Counted from the whole stretch's first letter, positions 1 through 12,000 are shown. The stretch is DNA of 62,150 nucleotides, filler included, from Globobulimina sp. (GCA_003354225.1; 15 parts of 15 records of this genome joined end to end with filler, not necessarily neighbours in it), one strand, 5' to 3'. Translations and numbers: made by a program. Notes: a model not told the origin generated them from the letters alone.

Positions 1-629
1 AAATTTCATCTTGATTTGACGTTTCACAAAGAATGAGCCTAACACGCGATAAAGCATCGGATAGGCACTGTGAAGAAATCGAGAGTCTGGGTATGGCTTT
101 TGAAGTTGGGTAAGGGGAGAACTAGGAAAGTTTAGTTGTACTATTTGTGATTTTTCAGTGATATATCGATATCTGATATAGTTTTTTCAGAAACAAAAAG
201 CTTTGCAGAATGGACTGACCTCTTTTTGATGACAAATAATATGCACACTACGATATGGCACTCTGCTTTCGGTTTGACCATATATTTGAACACACTATTA
301 TACCAAAGTAAATGTATCGATATCTAGTGCATATGGAATATACCAAAGTAAAAGTATGAATGTCATATACCTCATAATTATTGATATACATACAAAACAC
401 AGAAACGCTCTCCACTAATTACAGAACTACCTTAAAAGTCTAAATGAAAAGTTCGAGTCGAGTTCGAGCAGACTCAGCTCCGACTTACTCGCAACTCCAA
501 TTGGAAAGTCGAGTTGTTTGACAGCTCTGATTCGAGTATTATCAATAACAAAATTATCATCGTTTGAGAGAATTGAGACGCTGACATTATAAATATCTTT
601 TTTCTTGTATTTCAAGTATAAATATCACA

Positions 630-1999
630 ATGGCTGCACAAAACCGTAAACGTAATCGAGAAGAACTGGACGAGAATTATGCACATCTGAATAATCCAAA
701 CGAACCATCAACTAAAGCAATGCGATTGAACAATAATTCAAGATTAGAATGCAAAGTATGTTTGATGCAATGAATACAAATTATTAAAAACCTAAAAAAA
801 TAAAAAAGGAATGGAATTGTACCGTTTGTACGTATCTTAATCCGCAATCATCATTAAAATGCGCAATGTGTGAACAACCAAACATTCTTCAAACAGATAA
901 TACAAATTGCAATGATGACATATCGTCATTTTTGTGTATTGTTTGTCATACGACAGAAGGATATGATATATCCTGCAGCAAATCACACAAACTTTGCATT
1001 AAATGTACAAAACAATATATTTTAAATGGTATTAAAAGCAATTTATTCGAGAAACAATCCGTACAATGTCCGTCACCAAATAATGACTGTTGTAATGGGG
1101 TTATTCCATATTGGTTAATAAATCAATGCCAATTAAACGAAGAAGAAACATCATCCTTTGAGGACCAACAAAATAAATATAATATATTTACAATCCGAAT
1201 GTGTAACGTCTGTCGCGATGATATTGGAATTGATTTGCAATGCGATCATAATTTATGTATTAAATGCGGCAAAAAATATATTTTGTCAGGAATAGTAACT
1301 GAGAAATGGAAAAAAGAAAAATTATCCTGTCCAATAAAAGAATGCTGCCAAACACACTCAACATTATCAATATCGATATTAAAACAGTTTAATTTGTCTC
1401 AAAATGTTGAAAATGCATTGGAAGAAATGCAAAATGAATATATTAAATCATCCATGCATAATATTACTGAATGTCCAAAATGCAAAGAAACATATTCCAC
1501 CGAAACCGGAGACATCAACATTGAAAAAGAAAATCTCTCCGCAAAACATAAAAAACATAAAACCAAATTTCGTTTCAGATGCTTGAAACCGGTTTGCGGC
1601 GCCATATTTTGCAGCGGCTGTAAAAGCATCCCGTACCACGTCGGTTATTCCTGTGTTGAATATAAACAATACCAACAATCCAAAAAATGTCGATTTTGCG
1701 ACAACGTCATCCATGCTCCCACTGCAAAGACAGTATGTAATTCAAATGAATGTCTCTCTAAAAAACAGATGTGCTGCGATCAAATCTATGAATGTGGTCA
1801 TCATTGCATCGGAGTAAAAGGCCATGAATGTTTTGGTTGTTTAAACAAAAAATGTTTAGCAAAAACTGCAGATATCAACGAAGAGGACTTTTGTAACATT
1901 TGTTGGGTGGACTCACTGCGATCTTCGCCAAGTATTAAGTTAGAATGTGGTCATTATTTTCATTTTGAATGCGTGAAACAAAAAGTATCAAAGAAGTGA
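630..1999 (+). CDS. E3 ubiquitin ligase: NZF zinc finger + two RING1-like domains + IBR + MYCBP2/PHR-type C-terminal RING; 3'-truncated
   Basis: ATG at 630; GT-AG intron 756-808 joins in frame to EWNCTVCTYLNPQSSLKCAMC (RanBP2/NZF). IBR-like CPKC...FCSGCKSIPYH. CRFC, CGHHCIGVK and EDFCNICWVDSLRSSPSIKLECGHYFHFEC match the MYCBP2 RING region. ORF stops mid-RING. Confidence 0.8.
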
Positions 2000-3513
2000 A
2001 ACAAAAAGTATAGATGCAACAGTATAAATTTTTCAGTGAGTCTAATATTCAAAGCACAATCATTCACGGCAACACTGTCAAGATATACTAAATCTTGAAT
2101 GATTGTCGTTTCATATTTCATCATTGTATCTTGCAAAAAGTCCATTAAATTCCTATACGAAATATGCATTATTCCTTCCTCAACCAAACTGCCGTTTTTA
2201 TTTGGAATTAGCGAATCAAACACTTTCTTATACACTCTTGCATTGATTCCATTATTTATTTCATTCAATGCATTCCTTAGTTCATTGCCGTATGATTGCA
2301 ATGCATCCTTTGTTGATGACAAAATGAATGATAATAAATACAAAGAATACACATTTGTGTCCTTTTGATTTATTCCAATATAAATTTGTTGAGCATCAAT
2401 GGACTGAATCATATGTCCGATCATTTGCTTATATTTAAGCTCCAAATTATTTATATTCCCACCATAAATCTGTTGGTTTTTCGCTTCAACCATATCTTTG
2501 ACAGATATCCAAATTCCATGCAATGGATTTAAAATTATTTCATTATTTTCATTGTTTTTTATTTTTAAACATATTCCATAATCCAATAACAATGAATATA
2601 AATTATTTATAACATTTGGCGTATACTGTGCATATATTTGTGTTTCTCCATTTATTGTTGATAATGGTTTAAATATTAAAAATCCCGCATTCTTCTCCTG
2701 AGATACTGCACTTTCAACATCATACAGCATCAAATCGAGAGCATTCACATTTATATTTTGAATATTTTCAACATTTAAATTATTATTAAAATTAAAAAAA
2801 TCACCAAACGGAACCAAACATTTTGTTTTTTCCCCATTTATTGTCACATGAAATGATCGCGTCCAAACAATGGATAATGACCAAATCCAGTCATTTAATG
2901 TGAAATTGTTAAGATAGAAATAAATTTGTTTATAATTATTTACTATGTTTAAATAAGAATTTTGTACAAATTCTTTTCTGCCTTCGATGAGTTGAATTAT
3001 TTTTGAATTTTGAAACGTTGAAACTATTTTTTGTTTCGGCCATGCTATCAATAAATTATTAACATAATTTTTATCGTTTTTGTGTGGTAAACAATTGAAA
3101 TATGGTTTCCATTTTGTTAAATTATTATTTTCTTCAATAAGAAGGCCTAAACTCAATAAAATGTCTTTTGATTTTTTACAAACTGAAACTTTTATTTTTT
3201 TTCTACTCATTTCCCGATTAAATATTCTTTGTTGTAATAAATCCATTGAATGTCCGCTTGTTATTAACAATGTTAATGGAATTGATGCAATATGCTCATT
3301 TTTATGAATTATGGTTGATTTTGAAGAATATATACCATATCCACTCAATGGCTCATGATCTATCTTAATTTTATTCGAAATCTTACCATTATGATTCTTG
3401 AACCATATCGAAAAATTATCAATGCAATCATTGCAATTCACTGTTGAACTAAATATTGTCATTAAAACGCACAACAGAAAAAGGACGTTGTTAAGGTTTG
3501 CAACAATGGCCAT
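1960..3513 (-). CDS. SET-domain protein of the Rubisco-LSMT/SETD3 type with N-terminal signal peptide
   Basis: GYGIYS, IPLTLLIT, WKPYFNCLP, WSLSIVWTRSF, LVPFGDFFNF and LLLDYG motifs. Hydrophobic leader from ATG 3513. The 3' end overlaps a probable chimeric junction. Confidence 0.75.
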   Translation of the reverse strand: MAIVANLNNVLFLLCVLMTIFSSTVNCNDCIDNFSIWFKNHNGKISNKIKIDHEPLSGYGIYSSKSTIIHKNEHIASIPLTLLITSGHSMDLLQQRIFNREMSRKKIKVSVCKKSKDILLSLGLLIEENNNLTKWKPYFNCLPHKNDKNYVNNLLIAWPKQKIVSTFQNSKIIQLIEGRKEFVQNSYLNIVNNYKQIYFYLNNFTLNDWIWSLSIVWTRSFHVTINGEKTKCLVPFGDFFNFNNNLNVENIQNINVNALDLMLYDVESAVSQEKNAGFLIFKPLSTINGETQIYAQYTPNVINNLYSLLLDYGICLKIKNNENNEIILNPLHGIWISVKDMVEAKNQQIYGGNINNLELKYKQMIGHMIQSIDAQQIYIGINQKDTNVYSLYLLSFILSSTKDALQSYGNELRNALNEINNGINARVYKKVFDSLIPNKNGSLVEEGIMHISYRNLMDFLQDTMMKYETTIIQDLVYLDSVAVNDCALNIRLTEKFILLHLYFLFHFFDTFCFTHSK

Positions 3514-3649
3514 CACTGCAAAAGTTTTCCAACAAGTATCTGAATTCGAAGTGACACAAAAACTCATTTTTGTTTGGATACAAATTAACTTTACAACAAT
3601 TTGAAAACAGAAATGGTTAAGTTTTGTTATGCATTGTTTTATGATTAAT

Positions 3650-4054
3650 TCAATAATAACCCCCATCACCTTCACCCATTGTATTCACATTTTTGTCGTC
3701 ATTCGTTTCATTCATATTACTCTTAATATCATTTCCTTCATTTGTCAAAATCCCATTGCTGGCAATATTATCCTCATCCAACTGTATTGCATCCACATCT
3801 ATTGATTTACGAATTTGTTTGAGTTCATTCTCCGTGTACTTGTACACTATATCCACCATACCATCGTCTACAAAGCACAGACAGTGTACCAACAGACAGT
3901 ATATCCATTAACAGTAAGTGAGTAAGACAGACCTGTAATTTTGTCGACATTCGCATTAATATTAATATTTACAATGTCAGTTATATCATTAGAATAAATA
4001 ATATTAATTTGTTTTTCTGGCTCCTTAACATATTCATTCAAATCCGAGCTTGAG
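3650..4054 (-). CDS. Hypothetical protein, 3' fragment
   Basis: Short ORF with acidic tail, running towards the contig edge with an apparent frame change. Confidence 0.3.
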
Positions 4055-4154
4055 NNNNNNNNNNNNNNNNNNNNNNNNNNNNNNNNNNNNNNNNNNNNTT
4101 AATTAATTAANNNNNNNNNNNNNNNNNNNNNNNNNNNNNNNNNNNNNNNNNNNN
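4055..4154. other. Artificial contig spacer (N44-TTAATTAATTAA-N44), first of 14
   Basis: Identical 100-bp spacers start at 4055, 8208, 12361, 16513, 20665, 24817, 28969, 33121, 37271, 41419, 45567, 49714, 53860 and 58006. The 12-mer gives stops in all six frames. Contigs are size-sorted. Confidence 0.99.
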
Positions 4155-4756
4155 AAAATAACTTTTGCGTTGTTTTCTAAACATAAATGCAATTCGTTAC
4201 TGGTATCATCCATTGCTTCCAAAGCAGTTTGTAAATCATCAGCATCTTCAATAAAAATTTCTTTTTCGTCCTTTTCATAAAGCCGTCCCATTTCTGAATG
4301 TATTTCAAATTTCTGCTGAATAAAATTTATTAATTCATTAAAGTCATCATCGTTGATTGGATTTGAATCGATATCTTTTGTTATTTTGAACACACATTTT
4401 TGCTCCGTATTTTGCAATATCATTATTTTGATAGCTTCAGTTTTATTATCTTTTTTTTCTTCAATCAATGCATGTCCAGGTTCAAAATGATCCATTTTAT
4501 TATCAATTTTCCCTTCAATTTCTTGCCATTTATGCGTATATTTATTGCCGTCGTTCAATGTGTTAGTTGCTGATTTTTGTTCTGTGATGGATATCGATGT
4601 TGTGTGTTTTTGTAAATAATCAAGAATTTGATTAATATCATTTGAATCAACAACGCATTCCATTGCTTTCATTATTTTCGATTTCGGTCCAAAACCAAAT
4701 GTGATTAATTGATTAATGATATCAATGTCATATGGCGATGTATTATAAAAAGCCAT
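4155..4756 (-). CDS. UBA-like + PB1-like protein, partial
   Basis: IINQLITFGFG...ILDYL is UBA-like. EIFIEDADDLQTALE resembles the PB1 acidic motif. Runs into the spacer. Confidence 0.5.
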
Positions 4757-4863
4757 TGCAACGATTATTAAAAAAGGCAACAAATTACGATTGTAAAAAC
4801 ATTTCGGGATATTGCACTTTCAAAATGAATGCTCCAAAGGAGTCAATGGTATAATTGTCAGGC

Positions 4864-5517
4864 TTAGAAGTGATAATAGTAGTAATAGCACAGCACACTC
4901 ACCACCAATGTGCCTACAATATATGTGGTTTTATCGCCTTGCATGATCTCAAGAGGTTGGAATCCGCGGCAACCAGTCCCTGTTTCACAATTTCCATGAT
5001 TTGATGGATTTGCATCTCCGGATAATTCACCATTTCGCCACGCCCAAATCACATTTGTGGCCCCCATTTTTAAAGACACCGCCGATGCATCAAAGGCAGG
5101 GAACATTTCCCTTTCAAAACGTAAATATGTCATTGTAACATCACCAATTTTTTCCTTCCATCCTGCTATTTTTTTAATATGCGTTTGATCTGCAAATGGT
5201 TCTGGAGCTGAGAAGCCTGAACCAATTCTATTGCTCAATATATATTGACCATCATTTGTGATCCAACCAAGAACAATATCACTGTTTTCCATTCCTTTTC
5301 CATACTCAGACAATCCAAACCCAACCCAGCCATCAGTTGCTACTGCAAGGCCAAATTCCAATGTGTTATCAAATTGGGTGACTGCGTTCCAATATACTTC
5401 ATATCGACCATAGGAACCAATCATTGAGGTATGATGATCGAATTCATCCAACCATTTATCCAAACTGTAAGCTATGGAGAGGATGCAAACAAGAAACACG
5501 ATGTTGATGTGTGACAT
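4864..5517 (-). CDS. Secreted DOMON-domain protein
   Basis: Signal peptide; GWVGFGLS...GMENSDIVLGW with the Met ligand; NVIWAW...NHG with the His ligand. Confidence 0.85.
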   Translation of the reverse strand: MSHINIVFLVCILSIAYSLDKWLDEFDHHTSMIGSYGRYEVYWNAVTQFDNTLEFGLAVATDGWVGFGLSEYGKGMENSDIVLGWITNDGQYILSNRIGSGFSAPEPFADQTHIKKIAGWKEKIGDVTMTYLRFEREMFPAFDASAVSLKMGATNVIWAWRNGELSGDANPSNHGNCETGTGCRGFQPLEIMQGDKTTYIVGTLVVSVLCYYYYYHF

Positions 5518-6142
5518 GGTTATAAAGTCAGTTACTCAATAAAAAAACATCTGAACATCTGATATAAGTCGGACAGTATACAGAAATTATATACAGTCTC
5601 CATTATATAACAAAAATTATGAAACACATAAAAATATAAAACACGCAAAAAAAAGTAAATGTACACAGAAAAAATAATGATCAATCGATTGGACACAATA
5701 TATGAATGCTACAAATTAATTTATTATTTATACGATTATAAATCTTCAGAGATAATTTTTTTAGTTAAAATAATTAATTAAAGATTGCAAATTATTGTTC
5801 ACGCTAAAACTGGCTATCGGAAAAAAACGAAAAACAGAAACAAAAAAAAAAGAAAGTGTCTAAAAACTAGAAACAAAAATCATTTGTTCCAGATTGACAG
5901 ATTCAGAAATTTGTATTTTGAAAGTTCAAAAATTATTAGCACCAAAATATTATGAGAGAGAGAGACGAAACATATTAAAAAAAGAAAAATGATCGAATTC
6001 GAATATAAATAAATAAATAAAATTACAAAAAAAACAAAGGCTCGGAACACAGGTTAAAAAAAAATTAAATTACACAAACAAAAAAAAAGGAAACATTGAA
6101 GAACAGCACAAAAAGTAAAGTTTGATATATAGCTCGCAATAT

Positions 6143-7171
6143 TTATGTATTTAACCACGAATTTTTAAGTATTTGCGTGATTGAAAAACGTTTTTGCACA
6201 TCAAATAGCAGCATATTCTTCAAAAGTCGGTACATTTGATGTGTAATAATATAATCTGCTTTTAATTGAAATAGATAATTTTGCAGATATTTATCCCCAT
6301 CTCCATTCCGCAATAATTTGTCAAAATAAACCTTATCCCTCCTCCATTTATGCGATGCCACCAACTCTTTGCAATGCACATTTGCAAAGTCTTCGTGTTG
6401 CAACAAATACGGTTGGAAGCCATAATCGACCACGTACAAAATGAGCAAACCAAAGGAAAAAATATCAGCCTTACAACTAATGAACGAAGGATTGTCCGTA
6501 CTGGCTCTGGTCGACATTTCTGGCGCTGTCCAACTTTGTGTACCACGGTAATGTGTCACGCGAAGCGTACCACCATTTTCAATGTTGTCTGTGCTAATTT
6601 TCTTCATTAAGTCATAGTCGATTATGCACCATCTATTTGCTTGATGGTTGAACATAATATTCGAAGGTTTTAGGTCAAAATGTACGCAGTGATGGGAATG
6701 GATTGTATTTAATTGCGTCGCTATTTGGAGTATGAACTTTTTGATCGAAGGCTGGTGATTAATGTAAATGTATCCAGGTCGGGAAAAGCGCAAATTCATA
6801 GTGGCTTTGTTGGGAATTAAATATTTGGATTTCAGCTCGTGCGATAAACGCTGCATTACAATCAATAAACGTTTGTTTTGTAGGTCGTGGTAAAGGCCGT
6901 AGATGTTTAACAGTTTGTGTTGCTGCACAAATAAATAATATTTTACAATGCGTTGTATTGCTCTTGTTTGGCTGCTTAGAGCGATGATCTTCGTCACGAA
7001 CAGGGATTGGTTTTGGGCGCCGGTGTTTGCAGTGTAATGTTTGTTGTTGGTTTGGGGGAAAGTCGTATAAACTTCACCTTGTCCGCCGTCACCAATTTGC
7101 GATGCTAAGTGCCATAATGAGACGAAATCTTGGAATCGTGGCAATAGTCCGGGAGGTGGTGGGCATGACAT
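6143..7171 (-). CDS. Ser/Thr protein kinase (divergent)
   Basis: IGDGGQGEVY, VTK, HFDLKPSNIM, DYD in place of DFG, GTQSWTAPEM, DIFSFG. Confidence 0.9.
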   Translation of the reverse strand: MSCPPPPGLLPRFQDFVSLWHLASQIGDGGQGEVYTTFPQTNNKHYTANTGAQNQSLFVTKIIALSSQTRAIQRIVKYYLFVQQHKLLNIYGLYHDLQNKRLLIVMQRLSHELKSKYLIPNKATMNLRFSRPGYIYINHQPSIKKFILQIATQLNTIHSHHCVHFDLKPSNIMFNHQANRWCIIDYDLMKKISTDNIENGGTLRVTHYRGTQSWTAPEMSTRASTDNPSFISCKADIFSFGLLILYVVDYGFQPYLLQHEDFANVHCKELVASHKWRRDKVYFDKLLRNGDGDKYLQNYLFQLKADYIITHQMYRLLKNMLLFDVQKRFSITQILKNSWLNT

Positions 7172-7412
7172 ATTGTTTAGTGGTACAACGTCGAAACAAT
7201 GGTGGGAGGAGGTGCTAGTCTGCTAAGATAAAAAACGTCCACCTAAAAAACATTATTGTGTAAATGTGGTTAATGCTATGCAATTCAGCAGTTTATGAAA
7301 ATGTACGGTATTTTTTAGTTGTAGGTGCAGTTTTATATTGAAACAGATAAAAAATTATGTAATTTGAAACATCATCAGAAATTACAAAGACCATCTTTTC
7401 AGGGAGGATTCA

Positions 7413-7979
7413 ATGGGAGAGAACTTTCTTAGGCATTTATCCAAATTTATTTACGGCGTTTTTTACCCTGCCTTTTTGGGATCCATGATGTATGGGTTTA
7501 TGAAAGGACTTTCTTTGACCCCTAAGACTTTTGGCTTGCTTGCTATCATCTTAATCTATTCAATTGATTATATTCACGTAAATGGCATTATTAGAAGATG
7601 GGATGACAATGAGTTTTCGACTCGCACAAGAGATATTGATCTTCGGATTTACTATGTTTTTGATACTCTAATTCCGTTCTTTTTTGCGTTATCATATATA
7701 AAACTATCACAATATGATGATCCTTGCTGTTCACTGATTCTAATGAGTATTGCATTCTTCATTATATTTTTATATGATAAAATCCTTCCAGACAGGATTT
7801 CCGACACAAATAGATGCTATTACTTTTTTCTAACTGGCGCCATAGTATCTACTTCCTTAATACCGTCTTTTTTCTATTTATTCGCAGATATGGAACTTCT
7901 GCACGGCTTTTGGTTCATGTTAATTTATTTGCCGGTAGTATTATATTCAGCCGCCGTTTGGTTTAAGCCTTCCAATTAA
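7413..7979 (+). CDS. Bacterial-type multi-pass membrane hypothetical protein
   Basis: AGGGAGG Shine-Dalgarno just upstream of the ATG; several hydrophobic segments; followed by a terminator. Confidence 0.65.
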   Translation: MGENFLRHLSKFIYGVFYPAFLGSMMYGFMKGLSLTPKTFGLLAIILIYSIDYIHVNGIIRRWDDNEFSTRTRDIDLRIYYVFDTLIPFFFALSYIKLSQYDDPCCSLILMSIAFFIIFLYDKILPDRISDTNRCYYFFLTGAIVSTSLIPSFFYLFADMELLHGFWFMLIYLPVVLYSAAVWFKPSN

Positions 7980-7987
7980 CTTGATTT

Positions 7988-8020
7988 AAAAAAAACGGGA
8001 ACTATTAAAGTTCCCGTTTT
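7988..8020. terminator. Bidirectional rho-independent terminator
   Basis: AAAACGGGAACT-ATTAA-AGTTCCCGTTTT perfect 12-bp stem with A/T tails, lying between convergent genes. Confidence 0.85.
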
Positions 8021-8038
8021 AATATATCAAAGATTATA

Positions 8039-8207
8039 TTATTCAGCCGGTGGATTATAGATATTGCTGTAATCCAATTCAGATAATTGCTTGTAAAGAT
8101 TGTAGCGCTTGTAGGAATCAGCCTGAGCATGCTTCAGAAGCATCGCGGCTCTTTCCGGATCAGCTGCTTTAAGGGTTTTAAAGCGGGCTTCTTTATAAGC
8201 ATAATCT
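8039..8207 (-). CDS. nifJ: Pyruvate:ferredoxin (flavodoxin) oxidoreductase, C-terminal fragment (bacterial)
   Basis: Translates as DYAYKEARFKTLKAADPERAAMLLKHAQADSYKRYNLYKQLSELDY..., the typical PFOR C-terminus. Confidence 0.8.
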
Positions 8208-8307
8208 NNNNNNNNNNNNNNNNNNNNNNNNNNNNNNNNNNNNNNNNNNNNTTAATTAATTAANNNNNNNNNNNNNNNNNNNNNNNNNNNNNNNNNNNNN
8301 NNNNNNN

Positions 8308-8904
8308 GAGTTGATCCACACAACAAATATCGTATTCGAAGCAACTAAATCCTGCCTTTTTCCTTCTTATCAAATGTTTATATTTTTTGTCGAATGTTTG
8401 TTGTGTATTCCATTCCTGGATTGTTCGCCAAGTGGCTCCCAAACACATATCTACTTTGCAAATAGCATACACTTTATAGTTCGAATTATTGTCGGTGCAA
8501 TGTTGAACATTGAATGGCTCGTTTTTAACTATTTTCACATCTTTTTGCAAATTAACTATGTGTTTTCCTTGATCTTGGTATGGATCTTTTTTCATTGTAA
8601 TATCGATATATCTTTCTTTTGCTTCTTCTGCCTCGTCGAGTGTGCAAAATATACCTAACAATAAATCAGAATCACGGTATCCTGCGGTATAACGTTCGCG
8701 AAGTAAATAGTGCGAACCATATGGATAATATGAAATAATTATATTTTGCACATCTGATGAAACCATTGCTGACGTTGGTTGAATATTACTTGTGTTTTTT
8801 GCCAAATAATAATGACGAAACCAGTATGATATAATTTTGTCAACTTCTATTTTATTGCTTGACAGAGATGGTGGAAGTGGCTGATTCATAGTGCAACAGC
8901 CCAT
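8308..8904 (-). CDS. Hypothetical protein with MGCC N-terminus (possible acylation), partial
   Basis: About 200-aa ORF running into the spacer. Confidence 0.5.
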
Positions 8905-9054
8905 TACAAAAATGCTTCTCTTTGTAAATGGTTTTCAAAAAAGTTGTTCCTTACAATAGCTTTATATCAATGTTAGAATGACAATAATCAAACACATTCA
9001 TATGATATCAAAGATAAGTAAAACAACAGAAAAAAAAAGAAAACAAAATTAATT

Positions 9055-12000
9055 TTATTCTTGTAATTGAAATTCATCCAAGTCAATTCTCTCTCGTTTA
9101 TAATCCCTTAATATCATAACAGATGCTTTTCCAGCATACAATGGCTCGCTCATCATTTCATATTCATCCTTCATATATCCATATTTGTTTAGTATGCTGT
9201 CCAATAACATCCATTTATTCTTATTTTTCATAGCATAAAAAGCATGCGATGCCACTCTCAATTCGCGACAAATAAACTCTGTCAATTTTGTCATTTGATT
9301 TCAATCCATTTACAAACATATTTTTTGATTCAATTTGATCTCTCATGTTTTGAGCACGCGCATATCGATGGAATAATCGATGTGGAACATAAAACAATTT
9401 ATTATCATTTAAATCCATTTCAAATTCCAATAAAAACAAAGCATCGCTGGGTGCTAATTTTTTAAAATTATTCTTATTCAATGCTTCCACCATATTTTCG
9501 ACATTGCACATTGTATATAACTCCCAGTAACCATTTAAATCTTCATTCTCTTCCACTTTGCTGCTTTCCTCAACTAAATCTTTGGCTGTTGGCACTTTTG
9601 CATTGCCATAAAATGAATAATTACTGTTCAACTTCTTCAATTGCATAATTTCCTCCTTGTATTTCATTAACTGGCCACAATAAACTTTCTTAAAACTATC
9701 ATTTGTTACATACTCCCGTTGAAAATACATATTCAAAGCATGCTGGAAACAGGTATCTGTTCCAAGAGCTTGTGCTTCATAGTAAATGCCATCGTTATTA
9801 TCGACGCCAAAAGAATTATAAACACTTCTTTTCATTCCAGCATTCCTCAGAAAGTGTAATATTTGCAACTGTCGATATAATGTTTTATCATTAATAGCAA
9901 TCATCTCTTCCTTATAATGTTCAATAAATCGGTCAAATAACATCGCAAACTTAATACCTACCAAAGGAGCCTCAAATGTTGCAATAAAGCCAGCTGATTT
10001 GGATAGCAATTCTCTTAATTTGTGTCTGTTTTGTTTAATATATTGAATAAGTTTGGCTTTCTCGAAGCACTTTGTTTGATCAATAGCCATTAAAACAATT
10101 TCAAAATCGACTCCTTTGTACATTACCTCTCCAATCAAACAATACTGCGAATGCGTAAACTGTGAAAGCGGAATGTCTTCAACTTTTTGCTCTTTCCCCT
10201 CCATAATATCCGCGTCCTTGCCATTGATTCTTGACTGTATCCAATCTTTGCACAATTTCACATATTTGGATAACAAAATTGCTTTTCTTATGCCGGTATT
10301 ATCAAAGAAATCGCAGTTTTCATCATTTCCAAACTGAACATATCTTTCATTCAGAAAGGTTTTGCCCTTTGTATCTTGATAACTTATCTTCATTTTAAGA
10401 TTAATGTTTTCATTCACTTTCATCTCATTGTCGTTTGCTGTGTTTTTTAATTTCAAAATGATAATACCGCCCTTTGTTTCATTGTCTTCATTGACGGGAC
10501 TTGGAAATAAAGAGCTTACATTCATAATATTTGCAGATGTATTATCAGTTTGCTTTGCGTTCATATCTTCATTGGATCCATAAATTGCATCAATGATAAA
10601 CTCGTTCCCTTCTGTGCTTACATCCAATTTCAAATCAAATACCAACGGACTGACCATATATTTAAATTCCTCATTCATTTTCTGTTTAAATGCTTTGTTG
10701 GAATGAACAGAATAATAGTTAGCACCGCGCACTTTCGTTATTTGTTCGATTAAATCTGTATTGAAATCGATACCAACTCCAATAATGGAAGTATATATTT
10801 TATATTTTGCTCTTTCCCCATAAAACTTAGTCAGTCCCAGCAACGATTTCGAATCTGTGACACCAACATTTGGCACTGCATCCGTTAAAAATATAATTCT
10901 ATTTTCAAATCCATTCTCCTCCGATTCTTCGTCACTTTCATATAATTCAATAGCTTTTCTATATCCAGCCGCTTTTTAAAATATATTCAAAAAAAAATGA
11001 AAAAAGTTTTTCTATAAATTAAAACATACCGAAATTGGTGCCACCGCTTGCTTTGATAGCATTGATTGTTTTGGTTAGTTCTTTTTGATTGATACTGCCA
11101 AACCTTTCCATTTCTTGCTTGACATAGCCATCATTGTCAAATAAAACCAAACCAAATCTGTCTCTCTCTGTCAATCGATGCAACAAATCCAATAAACATT
11201 CTTTTGATACTTCAATTTTGGATAACTTTTCTTGACTGGAAAACGGTGAGTTCATTGAACCAGAAATATCTAAAACGATCACCATATTTAATGCTGGCCG
11301 TTTGAACTCATTCATTGAAATATTTGAATTCAATCCAACCGAAATATAATGCTCAAATTTCTTATTCAAATCCAATGCCTTTCCATAACAATATGTGGCA
11401 TAAAACAAGTCATTGAGATTTTTATCAGCTTCTTTTTTATCAGTGTCAAAATAATATTCATTAAATACGCCGTTATATGTAATACTTGACAGTTTGGGAA
11501 CTTTATGTGATTTCAGTATGCAATCTCTAAAGTTATTTATATTCAAAGCACCGCCCACCGTAAAGCCCAAGGTGGGGCCCGTTGGACCGCCGCGAAGTCT
11601 CAATACTAAATGCAATGTGTACTCTTTTTGTATGTTGTAATCGCTTAAAGTTCGACCAGTTTCCAACATTCTTCCAGCAAATATAAGGCGTTGCTGTTCG
11701 GGAGGGATCCCTTCCTTATCCTGAATCTTTGCTTTCACACTTTCGATTGTTTCGTTTGGTTCCACGTCGATTGTAATCGTTTTCCCCGTCAACGTTTTCA
11801 CAAATCTGTAGTTTGTATATTTTCAGAGAATTAAACTGTAGATTGGTCAGAGTCATACGTAACATTTGCATAGCACCACCACGTAAATGGAATAGTAAAT
11901 GTATGGTTGATTCTGGCGAAACATTACAATCTGTTAAGCTTTTATGATCCTGCAATTGTTTGCCACCAAATATTAATCGTTGCTCATTGGGGAGAATTCC

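Noticed and set aside
427-615. 62-aa ORF and TCGAG-rich stretch as a gene or transposon end
   Set aside because: No ATG start or recognisable motif, and no partner inverted end visible.
6143-7171. Pseudokinase call because of DYD
   Set aside because: The catalytic Lys, HxD-K-N and the metal-binding Asp are retained.
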